This document shows, piece by piece, positions 1 to 8,835 of a stretch of 64,000 bases of DNA. The translations under genes and the position numbers were made by a program. The notes below the pieces were generated by a model, which ran no database searches, was not told where the DNA came from, and saw only the letters and a program-made list of their open reading frames with translations. This DNA comes from a bacterium (lineage in GTDB: Bacteria; CLD3; SB21): positions 153,144-217,143 of the forward strand of contig JABWCP010000001.1 in NCBI GenBank assembly GCA_013360215.1, in the 5' to 3' direction. Each line of letters starts with the position of its first letter. Position 1 is the stretch's first letter.

Positions 1-1134
1 ATAATTATTATTTTTTGAAATCCTAATTAACTCATCCCTCAAGTAACGAGTTCCCGATGGGTGTAATCCAGTATCTGGCTCATCAAACAATAACAATGAA
101 TTAATTAAGCTTTGATTTTTTGCGCTTATCGAAACAGTCAAAAGAAATGAAACAAATCTTTTAAATCCATCACTTCGCATAGCTAGTGGAAAACTATTTT
201 TTTCCGAAACAGCTATCCGGATATTTGTCCCATCAGGTTCTAATAAAAATTCAACCTTATCATATTCCTTCCATATATTTTGGAATAACTCCGTAGTATG
301 GTAAGCAACACTTTTAAGAAGATTCTTCAAACCAGTTGACGATTTTTCTCTGGCAGTTGCAATTGCGACATCAATATCGCTTACTCCTGCAAGTTTAAAC
401 ATGTTTTTTAGAGGAATGCATATTTCTGGATTAGTTGCGAACCTATTAAGGTCAACTTCCGATGGAAGTAAATTTTTTTCATCATACTCCCATAATATTA
501 CTTCTGGTAGATTTTCCTCTATAACACTTATGGCGCAGTCTCTAAGTAGTAGTAGGATATCTTCAATTTTAGCGTCCTCCCAATCATCATCTTGCAGTGA
601 CGATGTATCATAAATAAATGATTTGCCTTCAAATCCTGAGGGTGTTTTTGATCCTTTCTTTATTTTTTTCCATCCTTTTTCTAATATTATACCTGCTGTA
701 TTAGACCTTAGAGCTGAAAATTTTTGTTCTTTACCTATATTAATACGAAAGACTGCTTCGCAATAGTTTCTTAAAAAGTCTTTAAATAAAACTATTTCTT
801 CAGTTTTACTTTTTTTTAGTAAATTAAATTCACCTGTAATACTGAATAAACTGTTGATAAAAGCTGATTCTATTTGAATGTATTCATCATCCGTGAATTC
901 AAATACAAATCTTATAAATGACTCATCCCCTTTTACCGGTTCTTCATTTGGCAGAGCCTCTCGAATATCTGTTTTTTTGGGCTCTTTATCTTTCGAAAGT
1001 AATGACAACGCGCTAAGAACATTAGATTTTCCACTTTCATTTATCCCTACCAAAAAATAACAATTTTTTGAAAGGTCTATTTTCAGATTTTTGATTGACC
1101 TAAAATTCTCAATTTGCACATAGTTTAAAACCAT
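1..1134 (-). CDS. OLD/AAA_15-like ABC-type ATPase (possible ATP-dependent nuclease or defence ATPase), truncated at the window edge
   Basis: Not in the ORF track. Manual translation gives an open frame from ATG 1134 to position 1. It begins MVLNYVQIENFRSIKNLKID and has Walker A GINESGKSN, signature-like MRSDGFKR and Walker B/D-loop LLLFDEPDTGLHP. GAGGG RBS upstream. Strongly AT-rich. Confidence 0.85.
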   Translation of the reverse strand, partial: MVLNYVQIENFRSIKNLKIDLSKNCYFLVGINESGKSNVLSALSLLSKDKEPKKTDIREALPNEEPVKGDESFIRFVFEFTDDEYIQIESAFINSLFSITGEFNLLKKSKTEEIVLFKDFLRNYCEAVFRINIGKEQKFSALRSNTAGIILEKGWKKIKKGSKTPSGFEGKSFIYDTSSLQDDDWEDAKIEDILLLLRDCAISVIEENLPEVILWEYDEKNLLPSEVDLNRFATNPEICIPLKNMFKLAGVSDIDVAIATAREKSSTGLKNLLKSVAYHTTELFQNIWKEYDKVEFLLEPDGTNIRIAVSEKNSFPLAMRSDGFKRFVSFLLTVSISAKNQSLINSLLLFDEPDTGLHPSGTRYLRDELIRISKNNNY

Positions 1135-1146
1135 AGTATTTCCCTC

Positions 1147-1193
1147 AAAAATAAAGCACGACAATACATCCGTTACCGGATCATCATCGTGCT
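1147..1193 (-). terminator. Intrinsic terminator after nrdJ
   Basis: Minus strand reads AGCACGATGATGATCCG-GTAA-CGGATGTATTGTCGTGCT followed by TTATTTTT. Confidence 0.7.
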
Positions 1194-1302
1194 CTCTATT
1201 CATAACTCAAGGACAGTCAGCATTCAGTAGATTCGACCTTTTCTTTATAGTCGGTCACTTCCCAAAAAACGCTGCAATTCTTTTCAAAACCATATGCCCG
1301 GA

Positions 1303-4300
1303 TTACGAGCAGCCCATACTGTTACCGCAGTTCAGACACTTGTAGCAAGCGCCGTTACGAACCGTCATATGCCCGCATACATCGCAAGCCGGCGCATCAC
1401 CCATCATTTCGCTCAGTTGTTTTTCCATCGGATTGGCTGAGGCGTCATGCGCATGAGTATCATGCGTATGGGAATGTGAAGCCGTCGGCGTTTCGTTTGT
1501 CCCCGATTGGGCAACCGGTGCCGTAGCCGTATCAATCTGCGGCGGCACATGTACGAAGTCCATACGTCCGAGATACTCCATCGCCAATACGCGGAAAATG
1601 AAGTCTATGATGGATGTCGCATTTTTAATATTGGGATGGTTTGTAAAACCGCTCGGTTCAAACCGTGTGAACGTAAACTTCTCTACAAATTTTTCAAGCG
1701 GCACACCGTACTGCAAACCCATGGAGACGGCCACGGCAAAACAGTTTAACAAACTGCGATAAGCCGCTCCTTCTTTAAACATATCGATGAATACTTCACC
1801 GATCTGACCGTCTTCGTATTCACCCGTACGGAAATAAATCTTGTGACCGCCAAGCTCAACCTCTTGGGTAAACCCGTTACGTTTGAGCGGCATCGGTTTT
1901 TTCTGGCCCCGCCGCAATTCTTTGGCCGCATGTTCGATCGCAGCTTTGACCGCAGCATCAATTTGGGCTTTCACTTCTTCCGCACTTTGTCCGGCCTCAG
2001 ACTCCGTCGACAGGCCTTTGCTGCTCAGCGGTTGGGAAAATTTGGATCCGTCGCGATACAGCGCTACGGCTTTCAGCCCGAGCTTCCAGCCTTCGAAGTA
2101 GATTTTCTCGATATCTTTGACGCTGGCTTCGTTAGGAATATTCACTGTCTTGGAAATCGCTCCAGACAGGAAAGGTTGCGCGGCGGACATCATCTTGATA
2201 TGTCCCATCGGGTCAATAAACCGTTTACCGATACCGCATTTATTGGCACAATCAAATACGGCCAAATGTTCCTCTTTGAGTAAATGCGTGCCTTCGACCG
2301 TTTGCGCGCCACCGATATAGATCACCGCACGGGAGATCTGTTCGCCGCTGAGGCCTTTGGTTTTGAGGCTTTTGATATTGATATGCGGCGTCCACTCATC
2401 AAGCGATTTGTTTTTCTGTACGTAGGCTTCGGCTTCAGCGATCTCCGCATCGGCAAAACCCATTTGTTTCAGCTGTTCGGGATTGACGTACGGCGCCCCT
2501 TCGAACGTACCATGGCCGAGAATATATTTGATGATACCGTCAATATCATCGGCGGAGTAACCGAGATTGCGCAATGCTTGGGGGATCGAATTGTTGACGA
2601 TTTTGAAATAACCGCCGCCGGCCAATTTTTTCCATTTGACGAGCGAAAATTCGGGTTCCACACCTGTCGTATCGCAGTCCATCAGCAATCCGATCGTACC
2701 GGTCGGAGCCAACACGGTAGCTTGGGCGTTGCGGTAGCCATATTTTTCGCCCATCTTGACGCAGGTATCCCAATCTTCTTGGGCCGCCTTCAGCAAGGCT
2801 TCGTCGTGACTGAATTCCGGGTTGATTTTATATGCCGCGTCACGGTGCTTATTCATTACACGCAACATGGGTTTTTCATTTTTCTTATAACCCGCAAAAG
2901 GTCCTTTGATGGAAGCCACTTCCGCAGAACCGCGGAATCCCCATGCGTGCATGATCGCCGTGATCGCACCGGCCATCGCACGGCCTTCTTCGGAGTCGTA
3001 TGCAAGCCCGTTGACCATCAGGAGCGTACCAAGGTTGGCATAACCCAAACCGAGCGGGCGGTAGTCATGACTGTTTTGCGCGATCTGCTGCGTCGGATAA
3101 CTGGACATATCCACAAGGATTTCCTGCGCAATGATAAAAATGCGGCACGCTTGACGAAAACCTTCGATGTCAAACTTACCCGATTCATCGGCAAACTTCA
3201 TCAGATTGATGGAAGCGAGGTTGCAGGCGGAGTCATCAAGGAACATGTATTCCGAGCAGGGATTGGATGCATGGATTTTGTCTGTATTGGGACACGTATG
3301 CCAATCATTGATCGTATCATCAAACTGTACGCCCGGGTCGGCGCATGCCCAGGCCGCATAAGCGATTTGCTCATACAAGTTGCGCGCGTCGTGGGTTTCC
3401 ACCGTTTTACCAGTGGTGCGTGCGATGGTATCCCATTTGCCGTTTTCCAAAACGGCATTCATAAATTTATCGCTGATACGTACGGAATTATTGGAGTTCT
3501 GTCCGGACACCGTCTGATACGCTTCGCCGTTGAAATCGGATTCGTATCCGGCGTCAATTAACGCTTTGACTTTTTTCTCTTCTTTCACTTTCCAGTTGAT
3601 AAAATCTACGATTTCAGGATGATCCATATCAAGACAGACCATCTTTGCCGCACGGCGCGTCGTGCCGCCGGACTTGGTAGCACCGGCACCGCGATCCAAA
3701 ACAGTCAGAAAGGACATCAAACCGGACGATGTACCCCCGCCGGATAGTTTTTCCTGCTTACCGCGCAACGAAGAAAAATTAGAACCCGTACCGGAACCGT
3801 ATTTGAAAAGTTTAGCCTCGTTTTTGGCTAATTCAAAAATACCCATCAGATCGTCCGACACGGATTGAATGAAACACGCCGAGCATTGGGGTTTGGAATA
3901 CGAATCTTCCGTCATTTCGATTTTGCCGGATTGCGCATTCCAGTAAAAATTACCACCGCTGCCCTTAATCTGATATTCATGATAAAGACCGCAGTTAAAC
4001 CATACCGGTGAATTGAAGGCACCTTTCTGATTCACAAGCAGGTGCGTAAGTTCCAATTCAAAAACTTCCGCATCGGCCGACGAATCAAAATACCCCATCG
4101 CTTCGCCTTCGATGCGAATCGTATGGGCCACACGATGAACAAGTTGTTTGACGCTGATTTCGCGTCCCGTTCCCGGCACACCAGCTTTACGGAAATATTT
4201 GGAAGCCGCGATATCCGTAGCCAACTGAGACCACTCGCGGGGTATCTCCAGATCACGCATTTCAAATACGACGCGACCATCGGGTTCGGTGATCACGCTG

Positions 4301-4464
4301 GAACGCTTTTCCCACACGATCTCATCAAATGGATGTATGTTTTCTTTGGTAAAAAAGCGATTAAATCGAAGACCCTTCGCGCCTTCATAATTAACGCCAT
4401 TGAGCATCGCCGCATCCGCCTTCTTGGGAGATGCTTTTTTCACATCACGCTCTTGAATTGCCAT
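1303..4464 (-). CDS. nrdJ: Class II (adenosylcobalamin-dependent) ribonucleotide reductase with C-terminal TSCPD-like domain and Zn ribbon
   Basis: Motifs FNSPVWFN, PQCSACFI, ASNPCSEY, ACNLASINL, APTGTIG. C-terminal CDVCG...CYKCLNCG...GCS. Confidence 0.96.
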   Translation of the reverse strand: MAIQERDVKKASPKKADAAMLNGVNYEGAKGLRFNRFFTKENIHPFDEIVWEKRSSVITEPDGRVVFEMRDLEIPREWSQLATDIAASKYFRKAGVPGTGREISVKQLVHRVAHTIRIEGEAMGYFDSSADAEVFELELTHLLVNQKGAFNSPVWFNCGLYHEYQIKGSGGNFYWNAQSGKIEMTEDSYSKPQCSACFIQSVSDDLMGIFELAKNEAKLFKYGSGTGSNFSSLRGKQEKLSGGGTSSGLMSFLTVLDRGAGATKSGGTTRRAAKMVCLDMDHPEIVDFINWKVKEEKKVKALIDAGYESDFNGEAYQTVSGQNSNNSVRISDKFMNAVLENGKWDTIARTTGKTVETHDARNLYEQIAYAAWACADPGVQFDDTINDWHTCPNTDKIHASNPCSEYMFLDDSACNLASINLMKFADESGKFDIEGFRQACRIFIIAQEILVDMSSYPTQQIAQNSHDYRPLGLGYANLGTLLMVNGLAYDSEEGRAMAGAITAIMHAWGFRGSAEVASIKGPFAGYKKNEKPMLRVMNKHRDAAYKINPEFSHDEALLKAAQEDWDTCVKMGEKYGYRNAQATVLAPTGTIGLLMDCDTTGVEPEFSLVKWKKLAGGGYFKIVNNSIPQALRNLGYSADDIDGIIKYILGHGTFEGAPYVNPEQLKQMGFADAEIAEAEAYVQKNKSLDEWTPHINIKSLKTKGLSGEQISRAVIYIGGAQTVEGTHLLKEEHLAVFDCANKCGIGKRFIDPMGHIKMMSAAQPFLSGAISKTVNIPNEASVKDIEKIYFEGWKLGLKAVALYRDGSKFSQPLSSKGLSTESEAGQSAEEVKAQIDAAVKAAIEHAAKELRRGQKKPMPLKRNGFTQEVELGGHKIYFRTGEYEDGQIGEVFIDMFKEGAAYRSLLNCFAVAVSMGLQYGVPLEKFVEKFTFTRFEPSGFTNHPNIKNATSIIDFIFRVLAMEYLGRMDFVHVPPQIDTATAPVAQSGTNETPTASHSHTHDTHAHDASANPMEKQLSEMMGDAPACDVCGHMTVRNGACYKCLNCGNSMGCS

Positions 4465-4531
4465 GGCTCCAAGATTCCTTTAGAATAAGGTTTGATAAAC
4501 AGTTATAAAAAACTTATTAAAAACGTTTTTT

Positions 4532-4670
4532 CCTGTCTTACGAGCCGTCTGTAGAAGGGACAAAAGAACCGTAGGTCTGAATCGTCTTTTCAGACAACCT
4601 TCCCGATGTCCACCGGCCTCTCAACTCCTGTGGACGAACCGAAAGCCATGTCGCTCTCAAAAACAGGGGT
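4532..4670 (-). ncRNA. Candidate structured 5' leader RNA of nrdJ
   Basis: Closing helix CCUGUUUU..GAGC / GCUC..AAGACAGG. Internal helices GUCCAC/GUGGAC, GGAAGG/CCUUCU and GUCUGAA/UUCAGAC. Begins at the start site predicted from a sigma70-like promoter. Confidence 0.5.
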
Positions 4671-4676
4671 AAGCAC

Positions 4677-4705
4677 ATAATAAAGTCCCACCTAAAAAAA
4701 CGCAA
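4677..4705 (-). promoter_or_regulatory. sigma70-like promoter for nrdJ and its leader
   Basis: TTGCGT-N17-TATTAT on the minus strand; predicted +1 near 4670. Confidence 0.55.
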
Positions 4706-5079
4706 GCCGAATTTTCGCATTTCAAGATAATAACAAGTTATCAACATGATAAATATTTATATTTATTAACTATAAATAATAGCAATATTGAATTGCCAAC
4801 AATTTTGTTAATAAAAAATTACCAACATTATCTAAACAAAAAACGAAGTTAATTTTGAATGATTATTTATTAAGATTTTACGTGCTGTTTGTGCTCAAAA
4901 AAGGCCAAATAGCTAAAAATCTGAAGAAATCATTAGAAATCGTTATTATAAAATTCACCATCACTCATGTAAATTATTAAAGCCATGCGTTCATTTAAAA
5001 GCCAATGATCATTATTTTATCGGAGCATCTTATCCAGCGGAGCAATAATCGTAGCGCAAGTTTAATCAATACAATCCCC

Positions 5080-5108
5080 TTGCATTTTTTTTTTCATTCC
5101 CGTATTTT
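5080..5108 (+). promoter_or_regulatory. Putative sigma70-like promoter for sdhCAB
   Basis: TTGCAT-N17-TATTTT, the same TTG..17..TAnnTT pattern as other promoters in the window. Confidence 0.4.
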
Positions 5109-5180
5109 GCCTTTGTTCATTCCGACAGCAATTCGTTTCTTCATAATATCATTATTTACCACGTTTCCGGAGTTTACTAT

Positions 5181-5876
5181 ATGCAGGTTCCCTTTTCGAC
5201 GCTGGTAACCTCCTCCGTCGGCAAAAAAATCATGACCGGCTTGACGGGGTTGGGTTTGTGTCTTTTTATTCTTTCTCACCTCCTCGGTAATTTTAATCTT
5301 TTTCTCGGCCCGGATGCTTTCAATCAATACACCAAAACCCTGGAGAGTTTCGGCAAAGCGCTGTATGTGATCGAAGCCTTGCTCGTTTTGGCCTTTGTAA
5401 TGCACGCGGTCGTAGGCATCTCCGTATGGCAGAGCAAACGGCGCGCGCGTCCCGAAGCCTATCACAAGACGGCTTACGCCGGAGGCAACAGCAAAAAATC
5501 CTTTGCTTCGCTTTCAATGCTTTATACCGGTCTTATTATTCTTCTGTTTCTTTTTATTCACATCAAATCGCTTAAGTTTGGACCCAATATGGCCGAAGGG
5601 TATGTCTACACCCACACAGTCACTGGCGAAAAAATGCGAGACATGTACAAACTGACGGTCGAACACTTTAAAAACCCGTTTTATGCGTTCGGTTATGCGT
5701 TGGTAATGCTGCTCCTTGGCGTCCACCTCCGGCATGGATTTTGGAGCGCCTTCCAATCGCTGGGCCTTACGCATCAGCGTTTGAAGCCGCTTATTTTTTC
5801 GGTGGGAATTCTTTTTGCCTCAGCGATGGCGTTGGGCTTTTTTGTGCTCCCGCTGTGGATTTATTTTTCACGGTAG
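5181..5876 (+). CDS. sdhC: Succinate dehydrogenase/fumarate reductase cytochrome b subunit (b558 family)
   Basis: SSVGKKIMTGLTG, haem-ligand His in HLLGN/HAVVG/HIKSL/HLRHGFWSAFQSLG, about 5 TM helices, directly upstream of sdhA. Confidence 0.93.
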   Translation: MQVPFSTLVTSSVGKKIMTGLTGLGLCLFILSHLLGNFNLFLGPDAFNQYTKTLESFGKALYVIEALLVLAFVMHAVVGISVWQSKRRARPEAYHKTAYAGGNSKKSFASLSMLYTGLIILLFLFIHIKSLKFGPNMAEGYVYTHTVTGEKMRDMYKLTVEHFKNPFYAFGYALVMLLLGVHLRHGFWSAFQSLGLTHQRLKPLIFSVGILFASAMALGFFVLPLWIYFSR

Positions 5877-5934
5877 GACATGCTTTACGATAATATCTGC
5901 ATCCTAATGACTATATAAGCTTACGAGGATACTC

Positions 5935-7848
5935 ATGAAACTTGATTCCAAAATTCCCTCAGGCCCGCTCGCGGATAAATGGAGCCAACATAAGTTCAAT
6001 ATGAAGTTGGTCAATCCTGCGAATCGCCGTAAATATACTGTCATTGTCGTCGGTACGGGGCTTGCCGGTGCATCCGCCGCAGCAACCCTCGGCGAACTCG
6101 GCTACAATGTACATTCTTTTTGCATTCAGGATTCGCCCCGCCGAGCTCACTCGATCGCGGCGCAGGGCGGCATCAATGCGGCAAAAAATTATTCTAACGA
6201 CGGAGACAGTGTGCACCGTTTGTTTTATGACACGATCAAAGGCGGAGATTACCGCGCACGCGAAGCTAATGTCCATCGTTTAGCGGAGCTTTCCGTCAAT
6301 ATTATAGACCAGTGCGTCGCACAAGGCGTCCCGTTTGCACGTGAATACGGCGGCCAACTAGATAACCGCTCCTTTGGCGGTGCGCAGGTATCGCGTACAT
6401 TTTATGCCCGCGGCCAAACCGGACAACAACTTCTCCTTGGCGCCTACGGTTCGCTGATGCGTCAGGTCAATGAAGGCGCCGTCAAAATGTTCCCCCGTCG
6501 AGAAATGCTGGATCTGGTGGTGATTGACGGTCAGGCCCGCGGCATCGTCGTCCGCAATCTCGTGACCGGTGCGATCGAATCCTATGCCGGTGACGCCGTA
6601 CTGCTGTGTACCGGTGGCTACGGAAACGTTTTTTATCTTTCGACCAATGCTAAAAATTCCAACGTTACTGCTTCGTGGCGATGCTATAAAAAAGGTGCGT
6701 TTTTCGGCAATCCCTGCTACACGCAGATTCACCCGACCTGTATCCCCCAAAGCGGCGATTATCAGGCCAAACTGACGCTCATGAGCGAAAGCCTCCGTAA
6801 TGACGGGCGCGTATGGGTTCCTAAAACCAAAGGTGATAAACGTCCGCCGGAACAAATTCCTGAAAATGAACGCGACTATTATTTGGAACGTAAGTACCCG
6901 AGTTTCGGAAATCTTGTACCGCGTGATGTGGCATCCCGTAATGCCAAATCCGTATGTGATGAAGGACGCGGTGTCGGCGAAACAGGTCTCGCCGTATATC
7001 TTGATTTTTCAGATGCCATCAAACGCCTCGGTGAAGACGATATTCGTGAAAAATACGGCAACCTTTTTGATATGTACGAACGTATCACCGGCGACAATCC
7101 TTATAAGACACCGATGCGTATATATCCTGCCGTTCACTATACGATGGGCGGTCTTTGGGTGGATTATAATCTGATGTCCACCGTTCCGGGCTTGTTTGTA
7201 TTGGGTGAGGCCAATTTCTCGGATCACGGAGCCAATCGCCTTGGCGCCAGCGCCTTGATGCAAGGACTCGCCGACGGCTATTTCGTGATTCCTTATACCT
7301 TGGCTAACTATCTCGCCTCGTCAAGTTTTAATAAAATCACGACGGATCACCAGGCGTTCAAAACAGCCGCAACCGCAGTAACCGAACAAACGAAAAAACT
7401 ATTGGCCATCAAAGGCAAAAAAACCGTTTTGGAATTTCATCGCGAACTCGGCAAAATTATGTGGGACGAAGTCGGTATGGCTCGCAATAAAGCAGGATTG
7501 GAACGCGCTTTAAGTGAAATCCCAAAACTCCGTGAAGAATTTTGGAAAAATGTCAATGTTCCCGGCGAAGGTGAATTACTCAACAAAAACCTCGAATTTG
7601 CGGGACGTGTTGCTGATTTCTTGGAACTTGGCGAGCTCATGGCAATGGACGCACTGCAACGCGAGGAATCATGCGGAGGCCACTTCCGTGAAGAACATCA
7701 GACACCGGATGGTGAAGCCAAACGTAATGACGAACAGTTTGCTTACGTCGCGGCATGGGAATATGCCGGTGCCGACAAAGCGCCGATACTCAACAAAGAA
7801 GAACTGACGTTTGAAAACGTTCATCTTGCCCAACGAAGCTATAAATAA
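5935..7848 (+). CDS. sdhA: Succinate dehydrogenase/fumarate reductase flavoprotein subunit
   Basis: GTGLAG FAD motif, covalent-FAD His in [46 protein letters not shown]. Confidence 0.97.
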   Translation: MKLDSKIPSGPLADKWSQHKFNMKLVNPANRRKYTVIVVGTGLAGASAAATLGELGYNVHSFCIQDSPRRAHSIAAQGGINAAKNYSNDGDSVHRLFYDTIKGGDYRAREANVHRLAELSVNIIDQCVAQGVPFAREYGGQLDNRSFGGAQVSRTFYARGQTGQQLLLGAYGSLMRQVNEGAVKMFPRREMLDLVVIDGQARGIVVRNLVTGAIESYAGDAVLLCTGGYGNVFYLSTNAKNSNVTASWRCYKKGAFFGNPCYTQIHPTCIPQSGDYQAKLTLMSESLRNDGRVWVPKTKGDKRPPEQIPENERDYYLERKYPSFGNLVPRDVASRNAKSVCDEGRGVGETGLAVYLDFSDAIKRLGEDDIREKYGNLFDMYERITGDNPYKTPMRIYPAVHYTMGGLWVDYNLMSTVPGLFVLGEANFSDHGANRLGASALMQGLADGYFVIPYTLANYLASSSFNKITTDHQAFKTAATAVTEQTKKLLAIKGKKTVLEFHRELGKIMWDEVGMARNKAGLERALSEIPKLREEFWKNVNVPGEGELLNKNLEFAGRVADFLELGELMAMDALQREESCGGHFREEHQTPDGEAKRNDEQFAYVAAWEYAGADKAPILNKEELTFENVHLAQRSYK

Positions 7849-7896
7849 TCTGAACCGAAGCGCCGCAACGCGGCACTTAATAGATAAGAGGAAATT

Positions 7897-8652
7897 ATGG
7901 AACAAAAGAAAATGACCCTTCACCTGAAGATCTGGCGCCAGAAAAACATGCAAAGCGCCGGTAAAATGGTGGATTATACGTTGGACAATGTATCAACCGA
8001 TATGTCGTTTCTCGAAATGCTGGACGTTCTCAATGAACGCATCATCAAAAACGGTGAGGATCCCATCGAATACGATAATGATTGCCGGGAGGGTATTTGC
8101 GGTATGTGCAGCATGGTGATCAACGGTGTTGCCCACGGTCCTGAAAAAGGCACGGCCACCTGCCAGCTCCACATGCGCAAATTTAAGGACGGCGACCACA
8201 TCACGGTAGAACCTTGGCGCGCATCACCCTTTCCCGTTGTTAAAGATTTAGCCACGGATCGTTCGGCTTTTGATGCGATTATTGCCGCCGGTGGTTATAC
8301 CTCGTGCCGTGTTGGCTCCGCGGCCGAAGCCAATGCGTTACTGGTTCCCAAAGATATGGCCGATAAAGCGATGGATGCGGCCGCATGTATCGGTTGCGGC
8401 GCTTGCGTAGCGGCCTGCCCCAACGGCTCCGCTTCCCTTTTTGTATCCGCTAAAATCGCGCAGTTTACTTATCTGCCCCAAGGTCACGCCGAACGGAAGC
8501 AACGCGTACTCAATATGGTCAATAAAATGGATGAACTCGGTTTTGGCGACTGCTCCAATCACGGTGAATGCGAAGCTGTTTGCCCGAAAGAAATATCCAT
8601 CACTCATATAGCTATCATGCGCAAAGAATATCTTAAAGCCGCACTGAGCTAA
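7897..8652 (+). CDS. sdhB: Succinate dehydrogenase/fumarate reductase Fe-S subunit
   Basis: CREGICGMC, CQL, CIGCGACVAAC and CSNHGECEAVCP cluster motifs. Confidence 0.96.
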   Translation: MEQKKMTLHLKIWRQKNMQSAGKMVDYTLDNVSTDMSFLEMLDVLNERIIKNGEDPIEYDNDCREGICGMCSMVINGVAHGPEKGTATCQLHMRKFKDGDHITVEPWRASPFPVVKDLATDRSAFDAIIAAGGYTSCRVGSAAEANALLVPKDMADKAMDAAACIGCGACVAACPNGSASLFVSAKIAQFTYLPQGHAERKQRVLNMVNKMDELGFGDCSNHGECEAVCPKEISITHIAIMRKEYLKAALS

Positions 8653-8675
8653 ATGCTAATAATTTTGTCCCTTTG

Positions 8676-8707
8676 AAAAAGGCGAGCGATGCATGCTCGC
8701 CTTTTTT
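8676..8707 (+). terminator. Intrinsic terminator after sdhB
   Basis: AAAAAGGCGAGC-gatgcat-GCTCGCCTTTTTT. Confidence 0.85.
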
Positions 8708-8741
8708 GTAATAGTATTTTTACAATTTTTTAATTTTTTTG

Positions 8742-8767
8742 TGAAACCTTAAACCATAAGCATCGTA
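8742..8767 (+). promoter_or_regulatory. ECF (sigmaW-like) promoter
   Basis: TGAAAC-N16-CGTA between the sdhB terminator and the next gene. Confidence 0.55.
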
Positions 8768-8835
8768 TTCATTATTGGTTACACCATTAATGAAAGGTGG
8801 TTTGTACTATGGCAGGTGTTTATAAATTCTCAGAC

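Noticed and set aside
401-1060. Short plus-strand ORFs 401-613 and 878-1060
   Set aside because: They are antisense to the real minus-strand ATPase frame.
2284-3561. 425-aa plus-strand ORF and other long ORFs antisense to nrdJ
   Set aside because: Shadow ORFs on the reverse strand of a conserved gene; no recognisable motifs.
1303-4464. Intein or intron in nrdJ
   Set aside because: The frame is continuous with normal motif spacing; no intein splice-junction or LAGLIDADG motifs seen.
4532-4670. Calling the nrdJ leader a canonical cobalamin riboswitch or 6S RNA
   Set aside because: It lacks the 5' AGGGAA-GGUG-UCC core and the B12 box, and it is branched rather than a 6S-like rod.
4538-4747. 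69-aa ORF upstream of nrdJ as a leader peptide
   Set aside because: No RBS or motif, and it spans the predicted promoter. The region is better explained by RNA structure.
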